In this document: positions 1 to 8,308 of the stretch, in pieces
Layout of the letters: each line of letters begins with the position of its first letter
Numbering within the stretch: the first letter of the stretch is position 1
Source of the DNA: Candidatus Aenigmatarchaeota archaeon
GTDB lineage: Archaea > Aenigmatarchaeota > Aenigmatarchaeia > PWEA01
NCBI GenBank assembly: GCA_003555465.1
Contig: PWIB01000046.1
Coordinates: forward strand, 1-47,986
DNA length: 47,986 bases
Reading direction: 5' to 3'
Made by a program: the position numbers and the translations under genes
The notes under the pieces: generated by a model
Told to the model about the DNA's origin: nothing
The model's database searches: none
The model's input: only the letters and a program-made list of their open reading frames with translations

Positions 1-29
1 AGTAATAAACTTGGTCTCTGAAGCCTGAT

Positions 30-164
30 TCAACCCTGAAACCTTCCTTTACAGAGCTTACAACCCTCCTCAAGGACACAGTCCGAACATACCAAAGCTC
101 CACAGAAAGAACAGTTGCGCATTGCTTCGCTCTCCTTTCCACAGGACTGACAGATTCCGCTCAT
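30..164 (-). CDS. small zinc-ribbon protein (44 aa), below the ORF-track cut-off
   Basis: Manual reverse translation gives MSGICQSCGKESEAMRNCSFCGALVCSDCVLEEGCKLCKGRFQG, with 8 Cys. Its ATG (162-164) lies 1 nt after the stop of the upstream regulator gene, suggesting translational coupling. Confidence 0.4.
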   Translation of the reverse strand: MSGICQSCGKESEAMRNCSFCGALVCSDCVLEEGCKLCKGRFQG

Positions 165-165
165 A

Positions 166-654
166 CTAATCCCTTGGTATCTCAACCTCAGAAAGTTTAT
201 CAACGTACCTTTCCAGCCTCTTCATCTGCCTGTTCAGAGTGGTCAAGCCTTCAAGAATGCTATCAGAATCCTCGGAGTCAAACTCCTCAAGCTTGCCTTC
301 GTACTCTTCAAGGCTTTCTATAGTTCCTGCTATTGTCTTCTGTAGCTGTATAACTATAGCCTGTTTCAAACCCTCAAGTATGTCGCCCTCCATTTTCACA
401 TAAAGCTTTCTATCGCCCTTCTTCTTCACCTTTTCGATTATACCAAGGACCTCGAGCAGGTCAAGCGAAAGAGAAATGGAAGAAGAGCTGTAGCCGGTCT
501 CCTCTGAAAGCTCCTGGAGGGACATTTCATCGCCGTCCATTATAAGGGCTGCTATTATCCTTCCATGGATTTCATCGTAGCCTATCGAAGAAGCTGTGTT
601 TGAAAAGGAAGAATATATTTCGTCCTTTACGTCCTCGATGTCCTTATCTCCCAT
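166..654 (-). CDS. GbsR/MarR-type winged-helix transcriptional regulator
   Basis: 162 aa. IHGRIIAALIMDGDEMSLQELSEETGYSSSSISLSLDLLEVLGIIEKV is a typical wHTH of COG1510-like regulators. It has a C-terminal coiled coil. Confidence 0.6.
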   Translation of the reverse strand: MGDKDIEDVKDEIYSSFSNTASSIGYDEIHGRIIAALIMDGDEMSLQELSEETGYSSSSISLSLDLLEVLGIIEKVKKKGDRKLYVKMEGDILEGLKQAIVIQLQKTIAGTIESLEEYEGKLEEFDSEDSDSILEGLTTLNRQMKRLERYVDKLSEVEIPRD

Positions 655-745
655 ACTACCGTTCTAAACTTCTAAGTCATTGTTTTTAAGCTTTCAAGGA
701 GAAGTAAATTTAAAAGAGTCCGTAGAAAATAAGCTTAGTGAGAAA

Positions 746-886
746 ATGCCCGCTGAAGAAATTATTGACATGGAGTTTTTTGAACTCCTCTTCCAAGGGA
801 TAGTAGCCTTTCTGGTAGTTCTATTCCTAGTAGTTCTGACGTATGTTATTTACAGGCATTTCAAGAAGAGCGGAGATGAAGAGTAG
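746..886 (+). CDS. small single-pass membrane protein (internal ATG of ORF 680..886)
   Basis: Hydrophobic helix GIVAFLVVLFLVVLTYVIY. A TATA-like AAATTTAAAAG lies about 30 nt upstream of the ATG at 746. The TTG at 680 is less likely. Confidence 0.35.
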   Translation: MPAEEIIDMEFFELLFQGIVAFLVVLFLVVLTYVIYRHFKKSGDEE

Positions 887-949
887 AGTTTAACCGATAT
901 CTGACTGCGGAGATTTTATAAATCTAGAGCTCCATTCTTAGGTTGCATT

Positions 950-2953
950 ATGTCCAAGGAAAGGGTACTCATCACCTCTGCACTACCTTACATTCACGGA
1001 ATTCCACACCTAGGTAACATAATAACTTCGATACTTCCTGCGGACGTATATCACAGGTACCAGAGGCTAAAGGGTAAGAACTCCCTTTTTATCTGTGCCT
1101 CCGACTCACATGGAACTATGCATGAAATAGAGGCAAAGAAGGAAGGAGTAAAAACTGAAGAGCTGGTCTACGAAAGCCATGAAAAGGTAAGGTCTCTTCT
1201 CGAGGAATTCAACTTCGACTTCTCATACTACGGAATAACCGACTCCGAGCAAAACAGAAGTACAACGGAGCATATATTCCACAAGCTTGACGAGAACAAC
1301 TACATAGAGGAGAAAAGTATAGACGTGACCTACTGCAGGAACTGCGAGCAGTATCTCGCCGATCGGTGGATCGAGGGCGAGTGCCCCGAGTGTGGTGGCC
1401 TTGCAAGAGGTGACCAGTGCGACGACTGTGGGGAGCTCCTGGAACCGAAAGATATAATAGATCCATACTGCACACACTGCGGAAAGAAGGATATAGAGTT
1501 CAGGAAGTCAAAGCACCTCTTCCTTCAGCTAAACAAGTTTGAGGACTGGTTGAAGGAATGGATAGAAGGAAGGATGGGCAACAAGCTTACAAGAAGCGAA
1601 ACGCTTTCCTGGCTTAACGAAGGTCTGGAAGAAAGGTGCATATCAAGGGACGCTAGCTGGGGCTTCAGCATACCGAAGGAAGGATTTGAGGACAAAGTCT
1701 TTTACGTATGGTTCGACGCACCTATAGGATACATAGGCGCTACAAGGAGCTGGGCGGAGGAAAACAACGAGGACTGGGAGGAGTGGTGGAGGGACGACTC
1801 CATCGAGTACTTCCAGTTTATGGGAAAGGACAACATACCCTTCCACAGCATAATCTTCCCGAGCATGCTGAAAGGTACAGAGGAGCAATGGAACTTCGCC
1901 GACCATATAGTCGCTGGAAGCTTTATCCTTGCTGAAGACGTGAAGTTCTCAAAGAGCAGGGGAAAGGGGTTGAACCTTGAGACGGCGCTTGATGTAAGGA
2001 ACTCTGAATACTGGAGATACGTTCTTATGGCGCTCTACCCGAGAAACACAGACACAACCTTCTCCTGGGACGCCTTCAAGGAAAAGGTAAACAAAGAGCT
2101 CACTGACTCCTTCGGGAACTACGTCCATAGGATCCTGAAGTTCATAGACGAAAACTTCACCTCGGAAATTCCTGATGGTGAGATGGACGAAGAAGTTGCC
2201 CGTGAAGTAAGGGAGAAGATAGAAGAGATGGAAAGGGAACTGGAGGACTTCAGATTCAGGCAAGCAGTAAACAAGATAATAGAGATATCATCCCTGGGGA
2301 ACCAGTACTTCCAAAGAGAAGAACCTTGGAAAAAGATGGGCTCGGACCCTGAGGAGTGTAAAGATATAGTTTATACCTGTGCAAACATAGTCAGGTCCCT
2401 GGCAATAGTTTCCGATCCGTTCCTGCCAAAGACGGCGGAGAAGCTCTGGAGCTTTATTGGCATGGAAACGAATATACACGAGGAAAGTTGGACTAAGGCC
2501 AAAGAGTTCGATCTGAGAAGTAAAACTATAACCGAACCTGAACCGTTGTTTGAAAAAATAAAGGACGATGATATACCTGACTTTGACAACGAAAAGAATA
2601 AAAGCAAAAAACAAGGAGGTGAAGAAAATATGATTAGCTTTGATGAGTTCAAGGAGCTTGACATCAGAATCGGTGAGATTAAAGAGGTTGATGACATCGA
2701 GGGTTCCGACAACCTGCTGAAGTTCCAGATAGACGTAGGTGACGAAACGAAGCAGTCCGTCGGTGGTCTGAAGGGACATTACACAGAAGAGGAGCTTGTA
2801 GGTAGAAAGGTTCCTGTGCTTGTAAACCTCGAAACATCCGAACTGATGGGCGAGAAAAGCGAGTGTATGATTCTCGCGGCCGTTGTAGGAAACAAAGAGC
2901 CTGTGCTTCTTGAGCCAGAAAGGGATCTAGAGGCTGGAACAGGAGTCGCATAG
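950..2953 (+). CDS. metG: methionyl-tRNA synthetase with C-terminal tRNA-binding (Trbp111/EMAP-like) domain
   Basis: HIGH-type motif PHLGN, KMSKS-type motif KFSKS, and zinc knuckles CRNCEQ/CPECGG/CDDCG/CTHCG. The C-terminal OB domain reads DIRIGEIKEV...LLKFQIDVG. TATA TTTTATAAAT lies about 30 nt upstream. Confidence 0.95.
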   Translation: MSKERVLITSALPYIHGIPHLGNIITSILPADVYHRYQRLKGKNSLFICASDSHGTMHEIEAKKEGVKTEELVYESHEKVRSLLEEFNFDFSYYGITDSEQNRSTTEHIFHKLDENNYIEEKSIDVTYCRNCEQYLADRWIEGECPECGGLARGDQCDDCGELLEPKDIIDPYCTHCGKKDIEFRKSKHLFLQLNKFEDWLKEWIEGRMGNKLTRSETLSWLNEGLEERCISRDASWGFSIPKEGFEDKVFYVWFDAPIGYIGATRSWAEENNEDWEEWWRDDSIEYFQFMGKDNIPFHSIIFPSMLKGTEEQWNFADHIVAGSFILAEDVKFSKSRGKGLNLETALDVRNSEYWRYVLMALYPRNTDTTFSWDAFKEKVNKELTDSFGNYVHRILKFIDENFTSEIPDGEMDEEVAREVREKIEEMERELEDFRFRQAVNKIIEISSLGNQYFQREEPWKKMGSDPEECKDIVYTCANIVRSLAIVSDPFLPKTAEKLWSFIGMETNIHEESWTKAKEFDLRSKTITEPEPLFEKIKDDDIPDFDNEKNKSKKQGGEENMISFDEFKELDIRIGEIKEVDDIEGSDNLLKFQIDVGDETKQSVGGLKGHYTEEELVGRKVPVLVNLETSELMGEKSECMILAAVVGNKEPVLLEPERDLEAGTGVA

Positions 2954-2975
2954 AAGTGACCAGAAGCCAGCCACA

Positions 2976-4019
2976 TCAGTCAATTTTCTTTAGTTCGTAC
3001 TCTCTGCTGCCTAAACCTATCTTCTCTGCATGTTTAACCTGTATGTCCGGATTTACCATAACTTCTTTGAACATAAACTTGGACTTGCCTATGAGATCCA
3101 GACTGGCCTGATCTATAGCTACAGGGTCCTCTGAGACCAGAACACCTACGTCTTCCACGAAAGGTTCCTGCTTCTCATCGACACAGTCACACTTCTTTGT
3201 TATATTCAACAGGAAGCTGACAAAAAGAACCTTTCTTTCTTTAACTACACCCTTTGCATACTCGGCTATCCTCTTCTGAAGCTCCTTCCGCGAGCTTGAG
3301 GCCCATGGTATCTTCACAGCTCCCTCCGGACAGACAGCAATACAGCCTCCGCAGCCCACACACTTTTCGTGGTCTATTTCGGCCTGCTCAGAAGATAGCA
3401 AACCTTCTGAGGATATAGAAATCGCATCCTCGGGACAGTTCTCAACACATTTTCCACAGGCTACGCATTTCTTCCCTTTGATCTTCAGTTGAAAGGCATT
3501 GTGCATCTCCACCTTGCCTGCCTTGCTTCCTAGACCCATGCCGATGTTTTTCAGTGCTCCTCCGAAGCCACTTCCCAAATGGCCTGTAAAATGTGTTACT
3601 GCAAGCAGACAGTCGTAGTCCTGAAGAGCTCCACCAAGTCTAACCCTGTCGAATATATCTCCGTCTATCTCCACTTCCGTTTCTTCCCTACCTTTCTCGC
3701 CGTCAGCTATTACTATCGGCGCGAAATCAAAGCCGTTGTCTCTTGCAACTTTTTTGTGCGTAGAAGCAAGAGCTCGGGGGCTGTTATACAGTACTGTGCA
3801 GTCCATAAGGTCACAGGCTTCACCTTTCCCTTCAACAAGACTGTATATAGGCTCAACCCAACCAGGCTTCAGGTGCGTATCGCTGTCCCTCTCGCCGAAG
3901 TGCAACTTTAAAGCTATCTTCCTTCCATTGAAATCCTTAAGGAAAGGTTCTAACTTCTCAGCGATTTCTTCCGGATTAATGGACTCGACGTCGGTCTCCC
4001 AGAGGTATACGTCTGACAC
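2976..4019 (-). CDS. DUF362 domain protein with 2x[4Fe-4S] ferredoxin insert
   Basis: Two CxxCxxCxxxCP motifs (CVACGKCVENCP, CVGCGGCIAVCP) sit inside a DUF362-like scaffold (KIALKLHFGE...). GTG start. Confidence 0.8.
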   Translation of the reverse strand: MSDVYLWETDVESINPEEIAEKLEPFLKDFNGRKIALKLHFGERDSDTHLKPGWVEPIYSLVEGKGEACDLMDCTVLYNSPRALASTHKKVARDNGFDFAPIVIADGEKGREETEVEIDGDIFDRVRLGGALQDYDCLLAVTHFTGHLGSGFGGALKNIGMGLGSKAGKVEMHNAFQLKIKGKKCVACGKCVENCPEDAISISSEGLLSSEQAEIDHEKCVGCGGCIAVCPEGAVKIPWASSSRKELQKRIAEYAKGVVKERKVLFVSFLLNITKKCDCVDEKQEPFVEDVGVLVSEDPVAIDQASLDLIGKSKFMFKEVMVNPDIQVKHAEKIGLGSREYELKKID

Positions 4020-4057
4020 TTTACCAATCTATGGATGTTTTTCTTCAGTAAAAAGGT

Positions 4058-4076
4058 TTGGAAACGGAGTTTCCAA
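4058..4076. repeat. perfect 8-bp inverted repeat TTGGAAAC-GGA-GTTTCCAA
   Basis: Read directly. It lies 39-57 nt upstream of the DUF362 GTG start and about 80 nt downstream of the tRNA-Pro 3' end. On the minus strand it is followed by CCTTTTTAC. It shares its arm sequence with the hairpin at 41719-41740. Confidence 0.6.
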
Positions 4077-4143
4077 TACTTGAAAATCAACGACTTTCAA
4101 TATTGTGCTGTATTTTTCATGAACGTTTTTGCGACCGAAGGGA

Positions 4144-4152
4144 GTAAAAAGG
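4144..4152 (-). terminator. oligo-T tract directly after tRNA-Pro
   Basis: The minus strand reads ...CCA-GAACCTTTTTAC immediately 3' of the encoded CCA. Archaeal terminators are typically T-runs. Confidence 0.35.
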
Positions 4153-4155
4153 TTC

Positions 4156-4285
4156 TGGTGGGCCGGCCGTGATTTGTCCAAACCCAAGGTCCAGCCTTTT
4201 GGCTGAAACCTTTTCTAAAGGTTTCTTGAACACGGGTCTGGGCGCCCCGAACGCCCGATGCTAGTCCAGGCTACACCACCGGCCC
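4156..4285 (-). tRNA. tRNA-Pro (anticodon CGG) with a roughly 52-nt intron in the T-loop and an encoded CCA
   Basis: Minus strand reads GGGCCGG-TG-GTGT-AGCCTGGACTA-GCAT-C-GGGCG-TTCGGGG-CGCCC-AGAC-CCGTG-TTCAA[intron]AT-CACGG-CCGGCCC-A-CCA. Acceptor, anticodon and T stems pair perfectly, and the D stem pairs with 2 GU. G37 fits tRNA-Pro. Confidence 0.8.
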
Positions 4286-4310
4286 TGACATATTAACTTA
4301 TACCAAAGGG

Positions 4311-4318
4311 TTTAATAG
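4311..4318 (-). promoter_or_regulatory. TATA-like box for tRNA-Pro
   Basis: The minus strand reads CTATTAAA, 26-33 nt upstream of tRNA position 1. Confidence 0.4.
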
Positions 4319-4343
4319 GTTTGTTGGTAAGCTCTCCGAATCC

Positions 4344-4353
4344 ATTTAAATTT
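4344..4353 (+). promoter_or_regulatory. TATA box for mre11 (near-leaderless)
   Basis: ATTTAAATTT is centred about 30 nt upstream of the ATG at 4379, and no SD is present. The same TTTAAAT-type box recurs before many first genes in this window. Confidence 0.5.
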
Positions 4354-4378
4354 CAAACCACAAGTCTCTTTTGGAAAT

Positions 4379-5701
4379 ATGGCGAAGATAGCTGTTATAT
4401 CCGACCTGCATCTCGGTTTCAAGAAGGGGACGGAGAGGGAAGACGATCCGTTCGTCGCGGCGGAGAGAGCGCTCAAGAAGGCAGAGGAACTCGGCGCAGA
4501 CCTTATAGCTCTTCCTGGGGATATTTTTGACTCGAGACTGCCGAGACCGGAGCACTGGTCGCGGTTCATGGAGATGCTTTCCTCTCTGGAAGGCGAGAAA
4601 AATGTTGAGGTAACGAGGTCAGAAGGAAAGGAAGATATTCCTGAGAAAGCACTGAAAGGAATACCTGTAATAGCTATACACGGAACCCACGAAAGAAGGG
4701 GCCAGGGAATGAAGAACACGATAAAGGCGCTGGAAGACTCGAACTTTCTGGTTCATCTACACTGCAGTTCATTAGAACTTAAGGTAAACGGAGAAAAAAT
4801 AGGCGTACATGGAATGAGTGGCGTCCCGGAAAAGTACTCGAAGGACGTGCTAAAAAAATGGAGCCCTGAGCCCTTCGAGGACGCGTACAACGTATTCATG
4901 CTTCATCAAGATTTGGAGCAGTACATCTACAACCCTGTAAGTCCGCCGGAGCTGGGTCTGGAAGACCTGCCCAACGGCTTCGATCTTTACGTCTCAGGAC
5001 ACATACACTGGAAGGAGAGCACAGAGCTCAGAGGAAAGCCCTTCATAATTCCAGGAAGCCTGGTACCTACGCAGCTGAAGAAAAAGGAAGCTGAGAGGTC
5101 CAAGGGCTTCTACATGGTAAACACCGAAGAGAAAGAAATAGAGTTCGTTGAGGTTGAGCCGCCCAGAGAGTTCATATACGAGGAGTTGGAGTTCGAAGGG
5201 AAAGGTGTTGGAGAAATAGAGGAGGAGGTTGGTTCTGTTCTGGAGGAAAAGGGGTTTGAAAGCTATGAAAGGGACCCACTTGTACGGATAAAGATAAAGG
5301 GTGAGCTGCCGAAGGGCGTAAGCTCGAGTGACCTGAACCTGTCAACTATCAGGGAGAAGTACGACGACGTAGCTATAATCAGCTTTTCAGAGGACTTGAA
5401 GGAAAAAGGTATAGAAGAGAAGGTCCAGACCCTTCAGGACCTGAGAGAGGAGAAGCTTTCGGTTGATGAAATGGGTATGAAAATTCTGAGAGACAAGGTG
5501 AAGGAGGTCGAAGCAGGTATAGAACCAGACGCTGTCTTCGAGGATCTTGTGGAAGGAGAGCTTGAAAGCGCGCTTGACAAGATAAAGGAAATGGAGGTTG
5601 ACCACGGAGGAGAAGAGGCGGAGGGAGAAAGCGAAGATGTGGAGGAAGAGAAAGGCGAAGAATCAGAGGATACAGGCAATGCGGAATGGTGGAAGCAGTA
5701 G
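4379..5701 (+). CDS. mre11: Mre11 DNA double-strand-break repair nuclease (metallophosphoesterase) with acidic tail
   Basis: Phosphoesterase motifs are DLHLG, GDIFD, HGTHE, GHIH. The gene lies directly upstream of rad50. 440 aa with an E/D-rich C-terminus. Confidence 0.85.
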   Translation: MAKIAVISDLHLGFKKGTEREDDPFVAAERALKKAEELGADLIALPGDIFDSRLPRPEHWSRFMEMLSSLEGEKNVEVTRSEGKEDIPEKALKGIPVIAIHGTHERRGQGMKNTIKALEDSNFLVHLHCSSLELKVNGEKIGVHGMSGVPEKYSKDVLKKWSPEPFEDAYNVFMLHQDLEQYIYNPVSPPELGLEDLPNGFDLYVSGHIHWKESTELRGKPFIIPGSLVPTQLKKKEAERSKGFYMVNTEEKEIEFVEVEPPREFIYEELEFEGKGVGEIEEEVGSVLEEKGFESYERDPLVRIKIKGELPKGVSSSDLNLSTIREKYDDVAIISFSEDLKEKGIEEKVQTLQDLREEKLSVDEMGMKILRDKVKEVEAGIEPDAVFEDLVEGELESALDKIKEMEVDHGGEEAEGESEDVEEEKGEESEDTGNAEWWKQ

Positions 5702-5777
5702 TATAAAGTTTTAAATTCTTCCGGAAAGAGTTGTATGTGAAAAGTTGGTATTAAATATAAAATAAAGAGGTGAGAAT

Positions 5778-6281
5778 ATTAGAAAGACTTCTTTTGAGAA
5801 TCAGAGAGTAGGCATATTTGTCGATATACAGAACATGTACTACTCTGCAAAAAACCTTTACGACAGCAAGGTGGACTACTCGTCTTTGATAGAAGTGGCT
5901 ACGGACGACAGAGAACTGATAAGAGCTATGGCCTATGTTATCAAGGCAGAGACTCCTGACGAGGAGAACTTCTTCGAGGCCCTCGGCGAGATAGGATTCC
6001 AGGTCAAGAGAAAGGACCTCAAGGAGTTCAGAGGAGGCAACAAGAAGGGAGACTGGGATATGGGCATAGCAATCGATGCCATAAAGATGACAGACAGGAT
6101 AGACGTAGCTGTGCTTGTCACAGGCGACGGAGACTTCCGCTCTTTGGTAGAACACCTGAAGTCTGAAGGTGTACAGGTAGAGGTAATGTCCTTTGGGAAA
6201 TCTACGGCAGGGGAGCTTGTAGAAGCAGCCGATGTTTTCCTCAACATGGACAAGAAGAAGGACCTGTACCTCATGGACTGA
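5778..6281 (+). CDS. NYN/LabA-like (PIN-fold) nuclease domain protein, probable AUU start
   Basis: Motifs are GDWDMGIAIDA and TGDGDFRSLVEHLKSEG. The conserved first strand RVGIFVDIQN lies upstream of the first ATG (5835), in an in-frame region with no ATG, GTG or TTG. ATT at 5778 sits 4 nt after the SD GAGGTGA. Confidence 0.7.
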   Translation: MRKTSFENQRVGIFVDIQNMYYSAKNLYDSKVDYSSLIEVATDDRELIRAMAYVIKAETPDEENFFEALGEIGFQVKRKDLKEFRGGNKKGDWDMGIAIDAIKMTDRIDVAVLVTGDGDFRSLVEHLKSEGVQVEVMSFGKSTAGELVEAADVFLNMDKKKDLYLMD

Positions 6282-6295
6282 AATTCTGAGAAAAG

Positions 6296-8308
6296 ATGAT
6301 AACGGGACTGAAGCTTGAGAACTGGAAGAGTCACTCGGATTCAGAGTTCGAGTTTGGCAAAGGTACAAATGTTCTGGTAGGTGTCATGGGTTCAGGAAAG
6401 AGTTCGGTTCTGTCTGCAATTTCCTTCGCACTTTTCGGAACCTTTCCCTCGCACCGTTCGAGAGAGGTAACCCTGGACGACATAATAATGAACAGGCCAC
6501 AGAAGAAAGAAGAGGCAAAGGTCAAGCTAGAGTTTGAGATAGAGGGCCAGGAGTTCGAGATAGAAAGAGTTATAGCGAGGGGAAAAGGAACGAAGGAGGC
6601 AAGTATAAGGAAGGGCGGGGAGCTTCTTGATACAGGCCCTTCGAGGGTTACCGAACTTGTCGAGAAATACCTCAAGGTGGACTACAACCTATTCTCAAGA
6701 GCCGTTTACGCAGAGCAGGACGGCTTAGATAACTTTCTCGAGATAAGGAAGGGCGAGCGTATGAAAAAGATAGACGACCTTCTACAGATAGACAGGTTCG
6801 AGGAATGCAGGAGCAATGTAACTACTTTGACTAACCGGATGGAGGAGAGGATAAAGTCCAAGAAGAAGACAGTCGAGGAGATGGAGGAGCAGGAGGACTT
6901 CAGCAAGATCGAGGAACTGGAGGAAGAGATCGGAGAAATTAAAGAAGAAATGGAAGAGCTGGAAGAGAAGCTGGAAAGACTGGACGAGGAGTATCAGGAG
7001 AGAAAGGAAGAGATAGAAGAGCTTAGAGAAGGCCTTGATGAGATAAAAAAGCTTGAAAACAGAAAAAGCACTATAAAAGGCTCCATATCAAGCTTAGAAG
7101 ATGATATAGAGTCTTTGAAAGATGAAGCAGAGTTTTCAGAAGAAGAAGTTGACGAAAAGCTGGAGAAGAAGGAAAAAGAGTTGAAAGAGCTTGAAAACGA
7201 AAAAGAAGTGATCAAAGAAGATTTAGATGGTCTGGAGGACAAGCAAAAGGACAGAAAGATCAGGATAAAGGAGATTCAGAAGAAGATACAGAAGATAAAG
7301 GGCGTAGAAGGTAAGTGCCCTGTATGCGACAAGGAACTGGACGGGGATCACAAAAAAGAGTTACTAGAAGAGAGGAGAGAAAAGGTCTCAAAACTAGCCG
7401 GAGAGAAAGAAAAGTTGGAGAGCAGAATCGAGGAAAAGGAGTCAAAGCTGAAGGAAATTAACGAAAATAAGGAGGATCTGAAGGAAGAAAAAAGGAGTCT
7501 TGAAAGGAAAAAGGAGTCTCTGGATAAACTAGAAGAGAAGAAGGAGGATCTCAAGGAGAAGAAAGAGAAACTTCAGAATATATCCGAAGAGTTGGAGGAA
7601 AGGCAGGAAAAGTTCGATCGCGAAAAGATAGAAGAGAAACAGGAAAGAGTGAATGAAATTTCCGGTGAGAGGGAAAGGATAAAGGAGAGGGCAGAAAACA
7701 AGAAGGAGATCATGGAAGAAAGGAAGGGTGAGAAGGAGAAGTTAGAAGAAAGGAAGGAAAGGTTTGAGAAGTACAAAGAAGAAATAAAGAGTTCTGAAGG
7801 GTTGATTGAGGATTTAAAGAAGTTCAAGAGTGCTTTAAGTTCCACGCAGGAGCAGCTAAGAACAAAGTTCATAGAAGCCGTGAACAGCACTCTAACCAAA
7901 GTATGGGGCAGCTTATATCCATATGACGACTTTTCAGATCTTAGATTTACTATAAAGGAAGGTGACTACGAGCTCCAGTTCAAAAACAAAGGAAGCTGGC
8001 AGTCCGTAGAAGGTATAGCTTCAGGTGGTGAAAGGACCTCTGCATGCCTTGCCCTTAGAATTGCATTTGCCCTTGTCCTAGCTCCCAATCTACGCTGGCT
8101 TGTCCTCGACGAGCCCACCCACAACTTAGACAGACAGGCTGTAAAGGACCTCTCGGAACTTTTGAGGACAAGTGTTTCCGAGTTCGTTGACCAGGTTTTC
8201 CTGATAACCCACAACGAAACCATGGAGAACGCCGCAAGTTCGCATCTCTACAAGCTCAACAGAGACAAGCACAGAGACGAACCAACGGAAGTAGAAGAGA
8301 TAACCTAG
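6296..8308 (+). CDS. rad50: Rad50 ATPase (short form, 670 aa) with zinc hook
   Basis: Walker A GVMGSGKSS, central CPVC hook inside an E/K-rich coiled coil, signature SGGE, Walker B LVLDEP, His-loop ITHN. Confidence 0.9.
   Translation: MITGLKLENWKSHSDSEFEFGKGTNVLVGVMGSGKSSVLSAISFALFGTFPSHRSREVTLDDIIMNRPQKKEEAKVKLEFEIEGQEFEIERVIARGKGTKEASIRKGGELLDTGPSRVTELVEKYLKVDYNLFSRAVYAEQDGLDNFLEIRKGERMKKIDDLLQIDRFEECRSNVTTLTNRMEERIKSKKKTVEEMEEQEDFSKIEELEEEIGEIKEEMEELEEKLERLDEEYQERKEEIEELREGLDEIKKLENRKSTIKGSISSLEDDIESLKDEAEFSEEEVDEKLEKKEKELKELENEKEVIKEDLDGLEDKQKDRKIRIKEIQKKIQKIKGVEGKCPVCDKELDGDHKKELLEERREKVSKLAGEKEKLESRIEEKESKLKEINENKEDLKEEKRSLERKKESLDKLEEKKEDLKEKKEKLQNISEELEERQEKFDREKIEEKQERVNEISGERERIKERAENKKEIMEERKGEKEKLEERKERFEKYKEEIKSSEGLIEDLKKFKSALSSTQEQLRTKFIEAVNSTLTKVWGSLYPYDDFSDLRFTIKEGDYELQFKNKGSWQSVEGIASGGERTSACLALRIAFALVLAPNLRWLVLDEPTHNLDRQAVKDLSELLRTSVSEFVDQVFLITHNETMENAASSHLYKLNRDKHRDEPTEVEEIT

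Noticed and set aside
4020-4155. Searched the tRNA-DUF362 spacer, and other spacers at 9869-10022, 10655-10794 and 41741-41979, for box C/D sRNAs (RUGAUGA...CUGA)
   Set aside because: No properly spaced C and D box pair was found on either strand. The only CUGAUGA-like element is the L7Ae leader motif reported separately.
5751-6368. 205-aa minus-strand ORF covering the mre11-rad50 spacer
   Set aside because: The plus strand here encodes a protein with clear NYN/LabA motifs (GDWDMGIAIDA, TGDGDF). The antisense ORF has no recognisable features.
6880-7800. Highly repetitive GAA/GAG/AAG-rich DNA that at first glance looks like tandem repeats or an array
   Set aside because: It is the E/K-rich coiled coil of Rad50 flanking the CPVC zinc hook. 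There is no fixed repeat unit and no repeat-spacer structure, so it is not a CRISPR array.
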